A DNA stretch of 64,000 nucleotides from Legionellales bacterium. GTDB lineage: Bacteria > Pseudomonadota > Gammaproteobacteria > UBA1113. The notes under the pieces were generated by a model that was given only the letters and a program-made list of their open reading frames with translations, was not told the origin of the DNA and searched no databases. Below are positions 29,098 to 39,312 of the stretch, one piece after another (position 1 is the stretch's first letter; each line of letters starts with the position of its first letter). A program made the translations under genes and the position numbers. The DNA lies in assembly GCA_002709565.1 (NCBI GenBank), contig PAPY01000031.1, positions 71-64,070 on the forward strand. Direction: 5' to 3'.

Positions 29098-30540
29098 ATG
29101 ACAACCCTAGTCCCTGATTTTTCCCGTGCGCGGGTCCTGGTTTACGGTGATGTGATGCTGGATAGGTACTGGTATGGCAATACCGGGCGGATTTCCCCCG
29201 AGGCGCCGGTACCGGTGGTCCATATCCGCGATATCGAAGAACGCCCTGGTGGTGCGGGTAATGTGGCGTTGAATATCACGGCCCTTGGGGCCCAGGCGAG
29301 TCTCTTCTCCGTCTGTGGTGATGATGCCGCAGGCCGCTCTCTCGACGCAAAACTAACAGACGGCAGAATTGCCAAGCACATTCTCAAATCCAGCCAAATT
29401 CCTACAGTTGCGAAGCTGCGGGTCGTCAGCACCCAGCAACAGCTGATTCGGCTCGATTTTGAAGAACCCCATGACGTTATCGATACCTCAGCTTTAATGG
29501 CCGAGTGCATCCAAGAGATGACTACCGCAGGTGCACTGATATTATCAGACTATGGCAAAGGTACGTTGACCGATATCCAAGGGCTTATCCAAGCAGCCCG
29601 GGAGCGTAAGGTACCGGTGTTGATAGATCCCAAGACCAACGATTTTAGCGTTTATCGTGGTGCCAGTGTCATTACCCCCAATCTCAAAGAATTCGAAGCC
29701 GTTGTCGGCCGCTGCCCCGATGAAGAGACGATTATCACCAAAGGCCTGGCCCTGATGGCAGAACATGACATCAGTGCGTTATTGGTGACCCGCGGTGAGA
29801 AGGGCATGACCTTACTACAGAAAGACCACCCCCCTTTCCACCAACCCACTAAAGCCCAGGAAGTGTATGATGTCACCGGTGCCGGTGATACCGTGATTGG
29901 GGTGTTGGCGGCAGGTCTTGCTGCCGGTGAGACTCTGCAACACAGTGTGACCTTGGCCAATGCTGCCGCCGGGATTGTGGTGGGCAAATTGGGTACGGCT
30001 ACAGCTGAACTCTATGAACTCAAAGAAGCCCTCCTAGGCGAGCAAATCGATGATAAGGGTGTGCTTGGCGAAGATAAACTAGCCGCCATCGTGCGCCAAG
30101 CCCAAGAGCAGGGCAAACGGATTGTCATGACCAATGGCTGTTTTGATATCCTGCATCCCGGTCATGTGGCCTATCTCGAAGAAGCCAAAGCGCTCGGTGA
30201 TTTACTTATCGTTGCCATGAATGATGATGCCTCGGTCAAACGACTTAAAGGTCCACAGCGTCCCATCAATCCTTTGGAGAATCGCATGGCGGTCTTGGCC
30301 GGATTGGGTGCGGTAGATTGGGTAGTGCCGTTTACCGAAGACACGCCGGAGCGGATCATCGGCCACATTTTGCCGGATATCTTGGTCAAAGGCGGTGATT
30401 GGCAAGTTGATCAAATCGCTGGGTCCGAGCATGTACTCGCTAATGGCGGTGAGGTATTATCCTTGCAGTATATCGATGGTCTCTCAACCACCGATATCGT
30501 TGAACAAATTTTATCAAAAGAGGCCGATCCTGTTTGCTAA
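29098..30540 (+). CDS. hldE: Bifunctional heptose-7-phosphate kinase / heptose-1-phosphate adenylyltransferase
   Basis: GDVMLD, ISPEAPVPV, DVTGAGD, NGCFDILHPGH. Confidence 0.97.
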   Translation: MTTLVPDFSRARVLVYGDVMLDRYWYGNTGRISPEAPVPVVHIRDIEERPGGAGNVALNITALGAQASLFSVCGDDAAGRSLDAKLTDGRIAKHILKSSQIPTVAKLRVVSTQQQLIRLDFEEPHDVIDTSALMAECIQEMTTAGALILSDYGKGTLTDIQGLIQAARERKVPVLIDPKTNDFSVYRGASVITPNLKEFEAVVGRCPDEETIITKGLALMAEHDISALLVTRGEKGMTLLQKDHPPFHQPTKAQEVYDVTGAGDTVIGVLAAGLAAGETLQHSVTLANAAAGIVVGKLGTATAELYELKEALLGEQIDDKGVLGEDKLAAIVRQAQEQGKRIVMTNGCFDILHPGHVAYLEEAKALGDLLIVAMNDDASVKRLKGPQRPINPLENRMAVLAGLGAVDWVVPFTEDTPERIIGHILPDILVKGGDWQVDQIAGSEHVLANGGEVLSLQYIDGLSTTDIVEQILSKEADPVC

Positions 30541-30556
30541 CCATAGGAGTTAATTC

Positions 30557-31513
30557 ATGAAAATCGTCACTGGTGGCGCCGGTTTTATCGGCAGCAATAT
30601 CGTCAAAGCCCTCAATCGCCAAGGCCATACCGATATCTTGGTGGTGGACGACTTGTCTGAAGGTATCCAATACAAGAATATCGTTGATTGCGACATCATG
30701 GACTATATGGACAAAGACGACTTTTTAGCGATTATCGAAGCAGATGGCGACTTTTCGGCGCCAATTGAGGTGATTTTCCACGAGGGGGCCTGTTCTGATA
30801 CCACGGAGTGGGATGGTCGCTACATGATGCAGAATAACTACGAATACTCCAAAGTGTTGCTGCATTTCTGCCTTGAGCGCCAAATACCCTATATCTATGC
30901 CTCCAGTGCCGCGACTTACGGGGCCAATACCACCTTTGTTGAAGACCCCGCCAATGAAGCGCCTTTAAATGTCTATGGCTACTCAAAATTCCAGTTTGAT
31001 CAATACGTTAGACGCATTCTCCCTACCGCCAAGAGCCAAGTGGCGGGCATGCGTTACTTCAATGTCTACGGACCGCGAGAATTCCACAAGGGCAAAATGG
31101 CCAGTGTGGCATTTCACTTCAATAACCAAATCCATACTGATGGTGTCGTCAAACTATTCGAAGGCTGTGATGGCTACGGCAATGGCGAGCAAGTGCGGGA
31201 TTTCGTCTTTGTTGACGATGTGGTGGATGTGAATCTGTGGTTTTATGACAATCCCAAGGTCAGCGGCATTTTCAACGTCGGTACTGGCCGCTCTCAGAGC
31301 TTCAACGATGTGGCCAATGCGGTGATTGATTGGCACCGTAAGGGCAAAATCGACTATATTCCCTTCCCCGAACAGCTCAAAGGCCATTATCAGAGCTTTA
31401 CCCAGGCCGATATCAGTGCTTTACGTGATGCTGGCTATGACAAGGAATTTTGTACAGTAGAACAAGGGGTTAGACAATACCTCGATTGGCTACACACCGG
31501 TGACAATGGCTAA
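30557..31513 (+). CDS. hldD: ADP-L-glycero-D-manno-heptose 6-epimerase
   Basis: [28 protein letters not shown]. Confidence 0.97.
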   Translation: MKIVTGGAGFIGSNIVKALNRQGHTDILVVDDLSEGIQYKNIVDCDIMDYMDKDDFLAIIEADGDFSAPIEVIFHEGACSDTTEWDGRYMMQNNYEYSKVLLHFCLERQIPYIYASSAATYGANTTFVEDPANEAPLNVYGYSKFQFDQYVRRILPTAKSQVAGMRYFNVYGPREFHKGKMASVAFHFNNQIHTDGVVKLFEGCDGYGNGEQVRDFVFVDDVVDVNLWFYDNPKVSGIFNVGTGRSQSFNDVANAVIDWHRKGKIDYIPFPEQLKGHYQSFTQADISALRDAGYDKEFCTVEQGVRQYLDWLHTGDNG

Positions 31514-31547
31514 AACCCTTGATTTTAAGGGGATTTATGTCGGTGTC

Positions 31548-31575
31548 GTTAAGATAGCGTTAATAGATATACCCT
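31548..31575 (+). promoter_or_regulatory. PmrA-like tandem box gTTAAgatagcgTTAA followed by TACCCT (-10-like)
   Basis: TTAA at 31549 and 31560 (11-bp period); near-copy of the site at 40401. Confidence 0.5.
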
Positions 31576-31666
31576 ACTATCGCCCTATTATTGGTTTAAT
31601 AACTGGGCTAGACTTTAATATAGAGGTTGAATACCCCGTTATGTTGATGAAATTGAGAGGTGACTG

Positions 31667-32875
31667 ATGGCCGGAGACATTGTTGATGCAGCGGAAGACC
31701 TGTGGCGGGCTAAGCAAGAAAAAGATCGATGTAATGCCGCATGGAAGCAGGCAAAGGCCAAAGGACGTATCCCAGATGCTGTTGATCAGGCGAACAATAA
31801 AGCCAATAAGGATTATGACGAACTCAGAAATCAGCTATATAAGGATTACGGGTATGACGACGGCGTGAAAATTGACGGCATTGTACAAGAATTCGATGGA
31901 GGTGCCCGTAAACCCCGACGACCTGCACCCAAACCAGTAGAAGACTCAAAAAAACAAGCCAGAGAAGGCGCTGAAAATGCTCAAAAAAGAGCAAAAGAAC
32001 TCAAAGAGCGTGAAGAGGCCGCTAAAAAGGCTTCCGGATCAGATGACCTTGTCGAAGAAGCTGCCGGCAAAGGCAAAAACAAAAAAGCAGACAGTAAAAA
32101 TCCCGTTGGACAAGATGCTGAGGGGAATCCAGTGCAGGGCAGTACTGACTCGCCCCTAGGATTTTCATCCCAATATGCCATGCCACTCAAAGGCAACATG
32201 ATTTATGCTATACAACCAGGCCAACAGTGGTGGGAATTAGGGTTCTTTATGGATGAGGGCTGGTTCCAACGCTATTGGGACAAGGGCTATGAAGAAGGCA
32301 AGCGTGAAATCATCAGGAAAGAGGCCATTGATAATCTCAAACAACAAGCAGCGGCCATTAACAGCGCCAATGGCGCCAAAAAAGGCGACAAAAACTATAT
32401 TGACTTAGATGATGATAAAAAATGCGCGAAGCTTGTGAAAAAAGCCGCCGATGAAGGTAAAGGTATCTTTATTTCACCAAAAAGCGGTGAGCCAGAGGTA
32501 TTAACCGATGTGGAGCGCCGTGCGCGTATGGAAGAATTCTCAATGGAAACCCGCCCCGGAGGCCCCGGAGTTATAGTAATTGAAACCCGTGAAGATTTTG
32601 CTCGTGATTTGCGAGCTCAAGCGGAGATGTTTAATGCTCACTATGGATTTGATAGTTCACATCCTGATGCTTGTGTATTAACCAATGAACAATGTGACAA
32701 GCTTTATGAGGGGGTTAAAGCAGGTGGAAAAATTGTATTTGGTGTTGGTGGCGACGTAGCTGCTGTGAACGAAGATAATGAACATGAATATCTGAGCATG
32801 TTTAGACGAGGTGACTTTAAACCTATAGACAGCTGCGACGTGTCGCCTCCTATTGCACCAACTCTCACACTTTAG
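31667..32875 (+). CDS. Hypothetical charged helical protein, candidate Dot/Icm effector
   Basis: 402 aa, GAGGT RBS, no signal peptide or TM segment, no recognised family. Confidence 0.75.
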   Translation: MAGDIVDAAEDLWRAKQEKDRCNAAWKQAKAKGRIPDAVDQANNKANKDYDELRNQLYKDYGYDDGVKIDGIVQEFDGGARKPRRPAPKPVEDSKKQAREGAENAQKRAKELKEREEAAKKASGSDDLVEEAAGKGKNKKADSKNPVGQDAEGNPVQGSTDSPLGFSSQYAMPLKGNMIYAIQPGQQWWELGFFMDEGWFQRYWDKGYEEGKREIIRKEAIDNLKQQAAAINSANGAKKGDKNYIDLDDDKKCAKLVKKAADEGKGIFISPKSGEPEVLTDVERRARMEEFSMETRPGGPGVIVIETREDFARDLRAQAEMFNAHYGFDSSHPDACVLTNEQCDKLYEGVKAGGKIVFGVGGDVAAVNEDNEHEYLSMFRRGDFKPIDSCDVSPPIAPTLTL

Positions 32876-32915
32876 ATCGGGTGTTTTCACAGGCAAAAAG
32901 TGTTTTAATAACTGA

Positions 32916-34022
32916 ATGGACGCAGCCTATTCACTGACAGACAATACCCTTCACTGCCATGGTGCTTGGACCCGTGACGCGGGCAATAGCCTGGCAAAAC
33001 AACTCGAGCGCCTCAAATCCAACGCCCCAGAACATTTATTGATCGATGGCAGTGATGTGACCATTATGGATACGGTAGGGGCATGGTTGCTGCAAAAAAC
33101 CATTGCCATGCTCGAAGCCCAAGGTAGCACTGTAGAGATGTCCGGGTTTAGCTTCGAAGCAGAGCACTTGTTGACTATTGTTACTGAACAGCCTGGTGCT
33201 GAGACACCGATTCCGCCAACCCCCCATTTGTCAGGTTTTGCCTTTGTGGGCAAATTAACTATTGGTGCGCTGCATCAGGCCCAAAATATGCTGCGTTTCT
33301 TTGGCGAAGTGTTTATTTATTTTCTTGTCTGGTTAAAAGATCCCCGCCGCATTCGTTGGCGTGCCTTGTTTGCCTTGATTCAAACTACCGGTTATCAAGC
33401 AATTCCCATTGTTGCACTGTTGTCATTTTTGATTGGTATTGTATTGGCATACCAAATGGGTACAGAACTCAAGAATTATGGCGCCGATATCTTTTTGGTG
33501 GATTTGCTGGGCTTGGCGATGCTGCGGGAATTTGGGCCATTATTGACGGCGGTCATTGTTGCTGGTCGCACGGGATCAGCTTATACCGCCCAATTGGGGA
33601 CCATGAAATTAAACCAAGAAGTGGATGCCCTGCAAACCATGGGACTATCATCACGGGAAATTTTAGTACTGCCCAAAGTATTTGCCCTGCTGATTGCCTT
33701 GCCGCTGCTCACAGTGATTGCCAATATTGCTGGTATCGCTGGGGGTATGTTGATGTCAAAGATTTTGTTTGGCATTGGCTTTGAAGATTTTTTGAGCCAC
33801 TTCCAAAAATCCATCAAGTTATCGACCTATTTAGTGGGGATGGTGAAGACCCCGGTGTTCGCCATGATAATTGCCAGCATTGGTTGTTTTCAGGGCTTTC
33901 AGGTCAAGAATGACGCTGAAAGTGTGGGGCGCCACACCACCACCAGTGTGGTGCAGTCGATTTTTCTTATCATTGTTGCCGATGCCGCATTCTCGATTTT
34001 GTTCAGTGTCATGGGGGTGTAG
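32916..34022 (+). CDS. mlaE: MlaE-family ABC permease with N-terminal STAS-like domain
   Basis: LREFGPLLTAVIVAGRTGSA and SVGRHTT. Confidence 0.92.
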   Translation: MDAAYSLTDNTLHCHGAWTRDAGNSLAKQLERLKSNAPEHLLIDGSDVTIMDTVGAWLLQKTIAMLEAQGSTVEMSGFSFEAEHLLTIVTEQPGAETPIPPTPHLSGFAFVGKLTIGALHQAQNMLRFFGEVFIYFLVWLKDPRRIRWRALFALIQTTGYQAIPIVALLSFLIGIVLAYQMGTELKNYGADIFLVDLLGLAMLREFGPLLTAVIVAGRTGSAYTAQLGTMKLNQEVDALQTMGLSSREILVLPKVFALLIALPLLTVIANIAGIAGGMLMSKILFGIGFEDFLSHFQKSIKLSTYLVGMVKTPVFAMIIASIGCFQGFQVKNDAESVGRHTTTSVVQSIFLIIVADAAFSILFSVMGV

Positions 34023-34802
34023 ATGAGTGACGCGCCTAATGTCATTGAGATTGAGCATTTAACCACTGGCTTTGCTGACACGATTGTTCATGAAGACTGC
34101 AACCTCACGGTGCGCAAAGGGGAGATCCTCGCCATCGTTGGTGGCAGTGGTGCGGGCAAAACCACCCTATTGCGGGCAATTCTTGCCCTGCATAAACAAG
34201 CGCAGGGATCTATTAAAGTGCTGGACCAGGAGGTCATCGGCGCCAGTCCCTATACCATGAGTCGATTAAGCCACCAATGGGGGGTGATGTTCCAACAAGG
34301 GGCGTTATTCACTTCCCTCACGGTATTGGAGAATGTCTGTTTCCCGCTGCGGGAATTCACCCACTTGTCAAAGAGTCTCCAGGAAGAAATCGCCCGAGTG
34401 AAGATTGCCCTCGCCCGCTTTCCGGTTGAGTCACTGCAAAAATTCCCTGCGGAGTTAAGTGGTGGTATGCTTAAACGTGCGGCATTAGCCCGGGCCATGG
34501 TGATGGACCCGCAAATATTGTTTCTCGATGAGCCCACCGCGGGGCTTGATCCAGAAAGTGCCAGTGCCTTGGATGAATTAATTCTCGATCTACAATCGGC
34601 GTTAGGGTTAACCATCGTCATTGTGACCCACGACTTGGATACGTTGTGGCGGGTGACCGATAGGGTTGCCTTTTTGGGAGATAGGCAAGTATTAGCAGTG
34701 GAGCCAATGGAGACCTTAGTCAAATCCGAACAGCCGACCATCAAGGCTTATTTCAGTAATCCACGTGCTCACTTGGCTGATCCGGTGCACAAGGAGGATT
34801 AG
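34023..34802 (+). CDS. mlaF: MlaF-family ABC ATPase
   Basis: GGSGAGKT, LSGGM, FLDEPTAGLDP. Confidence 0.92.
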   Translation: MSDAPNVIEIEHLTTGFADTIVHEDCNLTVRKGEILAIVGGSGAGKTTLLRAILALHKQAQGSIKVLDQEVIGASPYTMSRLSHQWGVMFQQGALFTSLTVLENVCFPLREFTHLSKSLQEEIARVKIALARFPVESLQKFPAELSGGMLKRAALARAMVMDPQILFLDEPTAGLDPESASALDELILDLQSALGLTIVIVTHDLDTLWRVTDRVAFLGDRQVLAVEPMETLVKSEQPTIKAYFSNPRAHLADPVHKED

Positions 34803-35728
34803 TGGAGTCACGGGTCAATTACACTATTGTTGGATTTTTTGTCATTTTGGCATTGGCGGCAGCGTTTGTCATCGCTGTGTGGTTGTCGGTGGGGCTTGGG
34901 CAAAAGGATTATGATTATTTTCTCGTGTATTCCAACGAATCCGTATCTGGGTTATCGGTGAAATCACCCGTGAAGTATAATGGCGTCAATGTTGGTTTTG
35001 TTGAGTCTATTGGTTTGCGCAAAAAGCACCCCGAAGAAGTCAAGCTTGTGCTTGCCGTCGAAAAAGATGTCCCGGTGTCGTTGGATACGCGAGCTATTCT
35101 CAATACTCAAGGCTTAACGGGAATAGGTTATATGGAGCTAAAAGGCGGCAAACCTGACTCACCTAAGATCCCGTTACTCAAAGGCGAAAAGTACCCTATC
35201 ATCAAGACGTCCCCGTCGCTCATGTTTCGTCTAGATCAGGCACTGGACAAATTAACCAGCAATGTCAGTGACATCAGCCAAGGCTTAGAGCGCATACTCT
35301 CGCAAGAGAATGCCGAACATTTAACCGAGTCCTTAGAGAATATCCAAAGCATTACCGATAACCTGCAGAAGAATAACGAGCGCTTTGACCAAATCCTTGC
35401 AGATACCCAGACCACCATGGATAACACGGCCACGGCCAGCAAAAAACTACCCGCCTTAATGACCAGTATTGATAAGACTGCTCAGTCATTCCAAGATTTA
35501 TCCCATAAATTATCAACTGCTAGTACTAAGCTCGATAGCACGATGACCAATGTGGATGTGGCGGTGAAAACCGTCAATGATCAGTTATTACCGCCGGCGG
35601 TGAATGCGGTCAGTGATTTTGGTGCGGTGATGTTAAACCTCAAGGGCGTGAGTCAACAGTTAGATGAGAATCCATCAGTCTTAATTCGTGGTCGAGAACC
35701 GCTGCCACCAGGACCGGGAGAACGATAA
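34802..35728 (+). CDS. mlaD: MCE/MlaD-family protein
   Basis: N-terminal TM helix, SVSGL..SPVKYNGV, GLTG, helical tail. Confidence 0.9.
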   Translation: MESRVNYTIVGFFVILALAAAFVIAVWLSVGLGQKDYDYFLVYSNESVSGLSVKSPVKYNGVNVGFVESIGLRKKHPEEVKLVLAVEKDVPVSLDTRAILNTQGLTGIGYMELKGGKPDSPKIPLLKGEKYPIIKTSPSLMFRLDQALDKLTSNVSDISQGLERILSQENAEHLTESLENIQSITDNLQKNNERFDQILADTQTTMDNTATASKKLPALMTSIDKTAQSFQDLSHKLSTASTKLDSTMTNVDVAVKTVNDQLLPPAVNAVSDFGAVMLNLKGVSQQLDENPSVLIRGREPLPPGPGER

Positions 35729-35729
35729 G

Positions 35730-36350
35730 ATGAAACACCTACTACGTATTACCGGTTCGTCAATTCCCGCTGTTGCCAGTTTAACGCTTGCAAGTGTTGT
35801 CCTCACAGCGTGCATGGGCCCGGTCAAAACCCCACCGGTGAGTACTTACAGTCTCAATGCAACCCCTACTGTGGCGCAAAAACCCCGCACGGCAAAGACA
35901 TTATTAGTCACCAGCCCCACAGCAACTGCGACGTTTGCAACGAACAAGATGGCCTATACCAGTGCGCCGTTTCAAGTGAGCTATTTTGCCAATAATCGCT
36001 GGACCGCACGTCCGAGCGAAATGCTAAAACCGCTGATGGTATCCGCATTACAAGACACCAACCATTATCACGCCGTTGTTGCCTCACCGTTCAGTGGCAA
36101 TGCCACGCTGCGTTTGGATACGGATTTGATTAAGCTACAACAAGAGTTCAGTCATATTCCGTCGCAAATTGAACTGGAGGTTCAAGCCCGTTTAGTGGAT
36201 GCCAAGAGTTTGAGAGTTATCGCGACCAAACACTTTGATATCATCGAACCTGCCCCCACCAACACCCCTTACGGTGGCGTCATCGCGGCTAACAAAGCGG
36301 TGAATCAGTATTTGCAAGAGCTTAGCCGGTTTTGTTTGAAGTATTCTTAA
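35730..36350 (+). CDS. ABC auxiliary lipoprotein (PqiC-like)
   Basis: Lipobox LTAC and NRW..P motif; last gene of the mla operon. Confidence 0.8.
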   Translation: MKHLLRITGSSIPAVASLTLASVVLTACMGPVKTPPVSTYSLNATPTVAQKPRTAKTLLVTSPTATATFATNKMAYTSAPFQVSYFANNRWTARPSEMLKPLMVSALQDTNHYHAVVASPFSGNATLRLDTDLIKLQQEFSHIPSQIELEVQARLVDAKSLRVIATKHFDIIEPAPTNTPYGGVIAANKAVNQYLQELSRFCLKYS

Positions 36351-36521
36351 GGCCACCTCTATAAAATGCTCACTTGCCCTAACTCGTCGTTGCAACGGTT
36401 TCTGCTTGTCTTGCTAGAGCTTTAGCGTAGGAAGGCGGTGCTTATTTACTATTTGTAAACTCCGCTCCTCGAGACCCTTGCGCCTCGATTTAGGACAAGT
36501 CGCTAATTTATAGAGATAGCC
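36351..36521. mobile_element. 171-bp palindromic MITE-like element flanked by TTAA
   Basis: 36-bp imperfect terminal inverted repeats (27/36 by eye); TTAA at 36347-36350 and 36522-36525. Confidence 0.75.
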
Positions 36522-37955
36522 TTAATCAAATAACTCTGCTACATCAACAATATGCGAGAAATACTGACTATCATAGACTTCGTCTGAAACACCATTGACA
36601 TGGATTAGTACAGGTCTACAAAAGAACCGCTTGGGGGTTTTGAGGTTATTAATTTTCACTTTCATTTCTTCAACAATTTGCATACCAATAAGATTGCGAG
36701 AAAATTTGATTTCACAAACGTAAAGAGTGCAGGCACTAGTTTGGATCATATAATCAATTTGACAGCCTGGATTGCGTTTCGTTTTACGCTGGAAGAATGG
36801 TCCGTCAATTTCAACATCGGTTAAAGGAATATTGAGTAGAGATTTAATTTTTTTGTGGTTACTCAACAGGAGATTCTCAACTTGTAATCCCATGATGCTA
36901 TCCCAAGCGGGTAGTGACGTCATCGAGATAGTATCAAAAGCACCGCGTTTAATTTTAGACTTGTTCGGCTCAATATATTTTAAGTAAAAACGAGAGTAAT
37001 TGTCACTGAGTCGATAGAGACTGAGACTTGATTCGCTCGCTTTATTGATGTTCCATGTGAAGTCACGGCTGATGAAACCTGATTTTTCGAGAATATCTAA
37101 GTATTCGCCAACTTCACTTTGGTGACTATAGTTAAGTAGTTGGGCTATTTCTCCTTGGGTCTTTGGACCTGATGCAAGGGCTTTGACTATATTCTTATAA
37201 AGTTCATTACGACTAGAAAATAAATCAGAAAATATTTTGTCAAATTCACCGTACAAGATCCCACCCTCTATAAATGCTACTCTACGAATATTTTCTTCAG
37301 CAGATAATTTAGGCTTTAGTTCCTCTAGATAGCGTGGAATACCACCAGAAATTGAGAGATAACGGAGCATTTCATAAGGTGTCGCTTGAATGCCATAAGC
37401 GTTCCAAAATTCTTTACAAACACTGAGAGGCAATTCTCGCAATGTTAATGTTAATGATTCGCGTCCAAGAAAACCGGTACTGCATAGAATATTCTCTTCA
37501 ATCCAAGCAGAAACGGAGCCACTTAATGCTAATATTAATTTCGGATTTTTAGAGAAATATTGATCCCAGGCAATTTTAAGTTTGCCGAGAAAATTAGGAT
37601 CAAGCGAGCCCATCCATGTGATTTCATCAAAAATTATCAGGACTTGTCCTTTTTGGGTCTGTTGTGCTAGATTCCAAAATATATCGCCCCAGTCACCATG
37701 GCTCTCATAGCGAGTATTTAATTCAAGGTTACACTGCCTGCAAAATTCATCACGCTGTGATTGCGCGGTTGTTTCTGCGCTAACAGGCAAGCCAGTGAGG
37801 GAAATAGTCCGTTTCATTTTTTTGCTGAACTCTTCCAGCAATCGGCTTTTACCAATACGCCGGCGGCCTTTGATAATAATTAAACTTGCAGATTTTTTGT
37901 CTAATAAGTCGCATAAGCGACGCATTTCTAGTTCTCTACCAGTAAATAAAGGCAT
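36522..37955 (-). CDS. AAA+ ATPase (ATPase_2 type) with wHTH and C-terminal PD-(D/E)xK (DUF234-like) domain
   Basis: FTGRE.E, GRRRIGKS, IFDE, GGIPRYL and QIDY..CEIK. Confidence 0.85.
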   Translation of the reverse strand: MPLFTGRELEMRRLCDLLDKKSASLIIIKGRRRIGKSRLLEEFSKKMKRTISLTGLPVSAETTAQSQRDEFCRQCNLELNTRYESHGDWGDIFWNLAQQTQKGQVLIIFDEITWMGSLDPNFLGKLKIAWDQYFSKNPKLILALSGSVSAWIEENILCSTGFLGRESLTLTLRELPLSVCKEFWNAYGIQATPYEMLRYLSISGGIPRYLEELKPKLSAEENIRRVAFIEGGILYGEFDKIFSDLFSSRNELYKNIVKALASGPKTQGEIAQLLNYSHQSEVGEYLDILEKSGFISRDFTWNINKASESSLSLYRLSDNYSRFYLKYIEPNKSKIKRGAFDTISMTSLPAWDSIMGLQVENLLLSNHKKIKSLLNIPLTDVEIDGPFFQRKTKRNPGCQIDYMIQTSACTLYVCEIKFSRNLIGMQIVEEMKVKINNLKTPKRFFCRPVLIHVNGVSDEVYDSQYFSHIVDVAELFD

Positions 37956-37976
37956 AATTGAGCTCCCAAATATCCA

Positions 37977-38055
37977 CCCAAAAGGATTAACATTTGTCGA
38001 TCCTTTTGGGAGCTATCCTAACCTAAGGAATTGACATTTGTCAATCCTTTAGGTT
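37977..38055. promoter_or_regulatory. Two related palindromic operator-like sites, centres 44 bp apart
   Basis: cccaaaaggattaacatttgtcgatccttttggg and aacctaaggaattgacatttgtcaatcctttaggtt lie upstream of the ATPase gene. Confidence 0.6.
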
Positions 38056-38166
38056 TTGGTGTTGTAACTAATTGATTTTAAAGAAAAAAATATTTTCATA
38101 TTTCTGAGATTATGTCATTTTACGAAAAATATAAGGGATTTTGTTTGAGGTGGGCTGCGTGTTTAA

Positions 38167-38224
38167 GAGGTCCCGGGTTACGGATTGCTGCTTTTATGAA
38201 GCCGCAATCCGGCCCGGGATGACG
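38167..38224 (-). repeat. GTCATCCCG-type REP-like hairpin downstream of icmX
   Basis: tcccggg..cggattgc..gcaatccg..cccggga-tgac nested stem. Confidence 0.55.
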
Positions 38225-38273
38225 TCCGGTTTTGATGCTCTTCTCACACTCGGTGATTTTGAGCTTTTTTCAA

Positions 38274-39287
38274 CTACTGCTGTCGCTGTTGGGCTTGTTT
38301 ACCCATACGTTGCGTGGTTTGCAGGCCGAACTTCTGCCCTTGTACCATTTGTAACTCAACGGCAGCCATGTTGGCATTCAATTGTTCTAGCTGCATGCGG
38401 TTCTCGAACATGGCTTGATTGATTTCAGCCAATAGAATGTATGTCTGAACTTGTAAATCTTTTGGGGTAGCCTTGTTGATAGTGTTTTGAATTTGATCAG
38501 ACTCCAAGCGGTATGATGCTTTCTTTGCGGCTAATTGCAGAGGGCTCATATCGCCACTAAAACCAGACTTAGCGCCCAGATCTTTTTGGACTTTGCGCTC
38601 AGCAATTTGGGTGGCAAAGGTATTGAGTCCGACGGAGCTAGTCGCAGCTAAGGTACCAAGCCCCGCTTGGTATTTCAGCACCGTTTGAGGAATAATCTCA
38701 CCATCATAGTTTTTGGGATCCAGGGCATTAGTATCCAGGGGTTGTACGGCATTACTGTTACCAGCCAGTAATTGTAAAAAGAGTTGTGCTTGACTCATGG
38801 GCGAATTTTTGAGGTTTTGTTTCGCTTGTTGGGGATTCGTCACAAATGACCAAAAATTAAAGTCAGAAGGTTCGATAGCCATATTGTTAGCAATGGATGC
38901 GTAGGAAATATAAGGGTAGTAGTCAGCGAGATTTTTTTCATCTGCCTGGGGCACAATAGATGCTAATGCGTTGACAATCTGGGCGGAATTTTTGCCGGTG
39001 ATTAATTGCGTAGAGGTAATATCCGTGGTTTTAGCCGCATCTTCATTGACCCACTCTGGGGCTTTAGCTGCAACAGAGTTACTTTTTGTTTCAGTGCCAT
39101 AAGACAGCTCAGTTGTTACAAGCGGTTTGAGGTATTTTTTGCCAATATTATCGGTTAGATAACTATAAATGTTATTAATGGTTGTGACCGTTTGCTTACA
39201 GCAGTCATCAGCGCGAGCAGCCGGCATGATGAGTAGACTGGCGCTGGCGGTAAATGCCACTAATGAGAGTTTAAGTGTTTGTTTCAT
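38274..39287 (-). CDS. icmX: Dot/Icm periplasmic protein IcmX
   Basis: Signal peptide; W/Q..INKA..Q...LAEIN..ENR..E pattern near the C-terminus; position downstream of icmW. Confidence 0.7.
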   Translation of the reverse strand: MKQTLKLSLVAFTASASLLIMPAARADDCCKQTVTTINNIYSYLTDNIGKKYLKPLVTTELSYGTETKSNSVAAKAPEWVNEDAAKTTDITSTQLITGKNSAQIVNALASIVPQADEKNLADYYPYISYASIANNMAIEPSDFNFWSFVTNPQQAKQNLKNSPMSQAQLFLQLLAGNSNAVQPLDTNALDPKNYDGEIIPQTVLKYQAGLGTLAATSSVGLNTFATQIAERKVQKDLGAKSGFSGDMSPLQLAAKKASYRLESDQIQNTINKATPKDLQVQTYILLAEINQAMFENRMQLEQLNANMAAVELQMVQGQKFGLQTTQRMGKQAQQRQQ

Positions 39288-39312
39288 CGTATGCTCCTAA
39301 AAAAAACGTTTA

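Noticed and set aside
34250..34744. 164-aa antisense ORF and similar antisense ORFs in hldE, dotC, icmO and the aldehyde dehydrogenase
   Set aside because: Fully antisense to well-conserved genes; expected codon-bias shadows.
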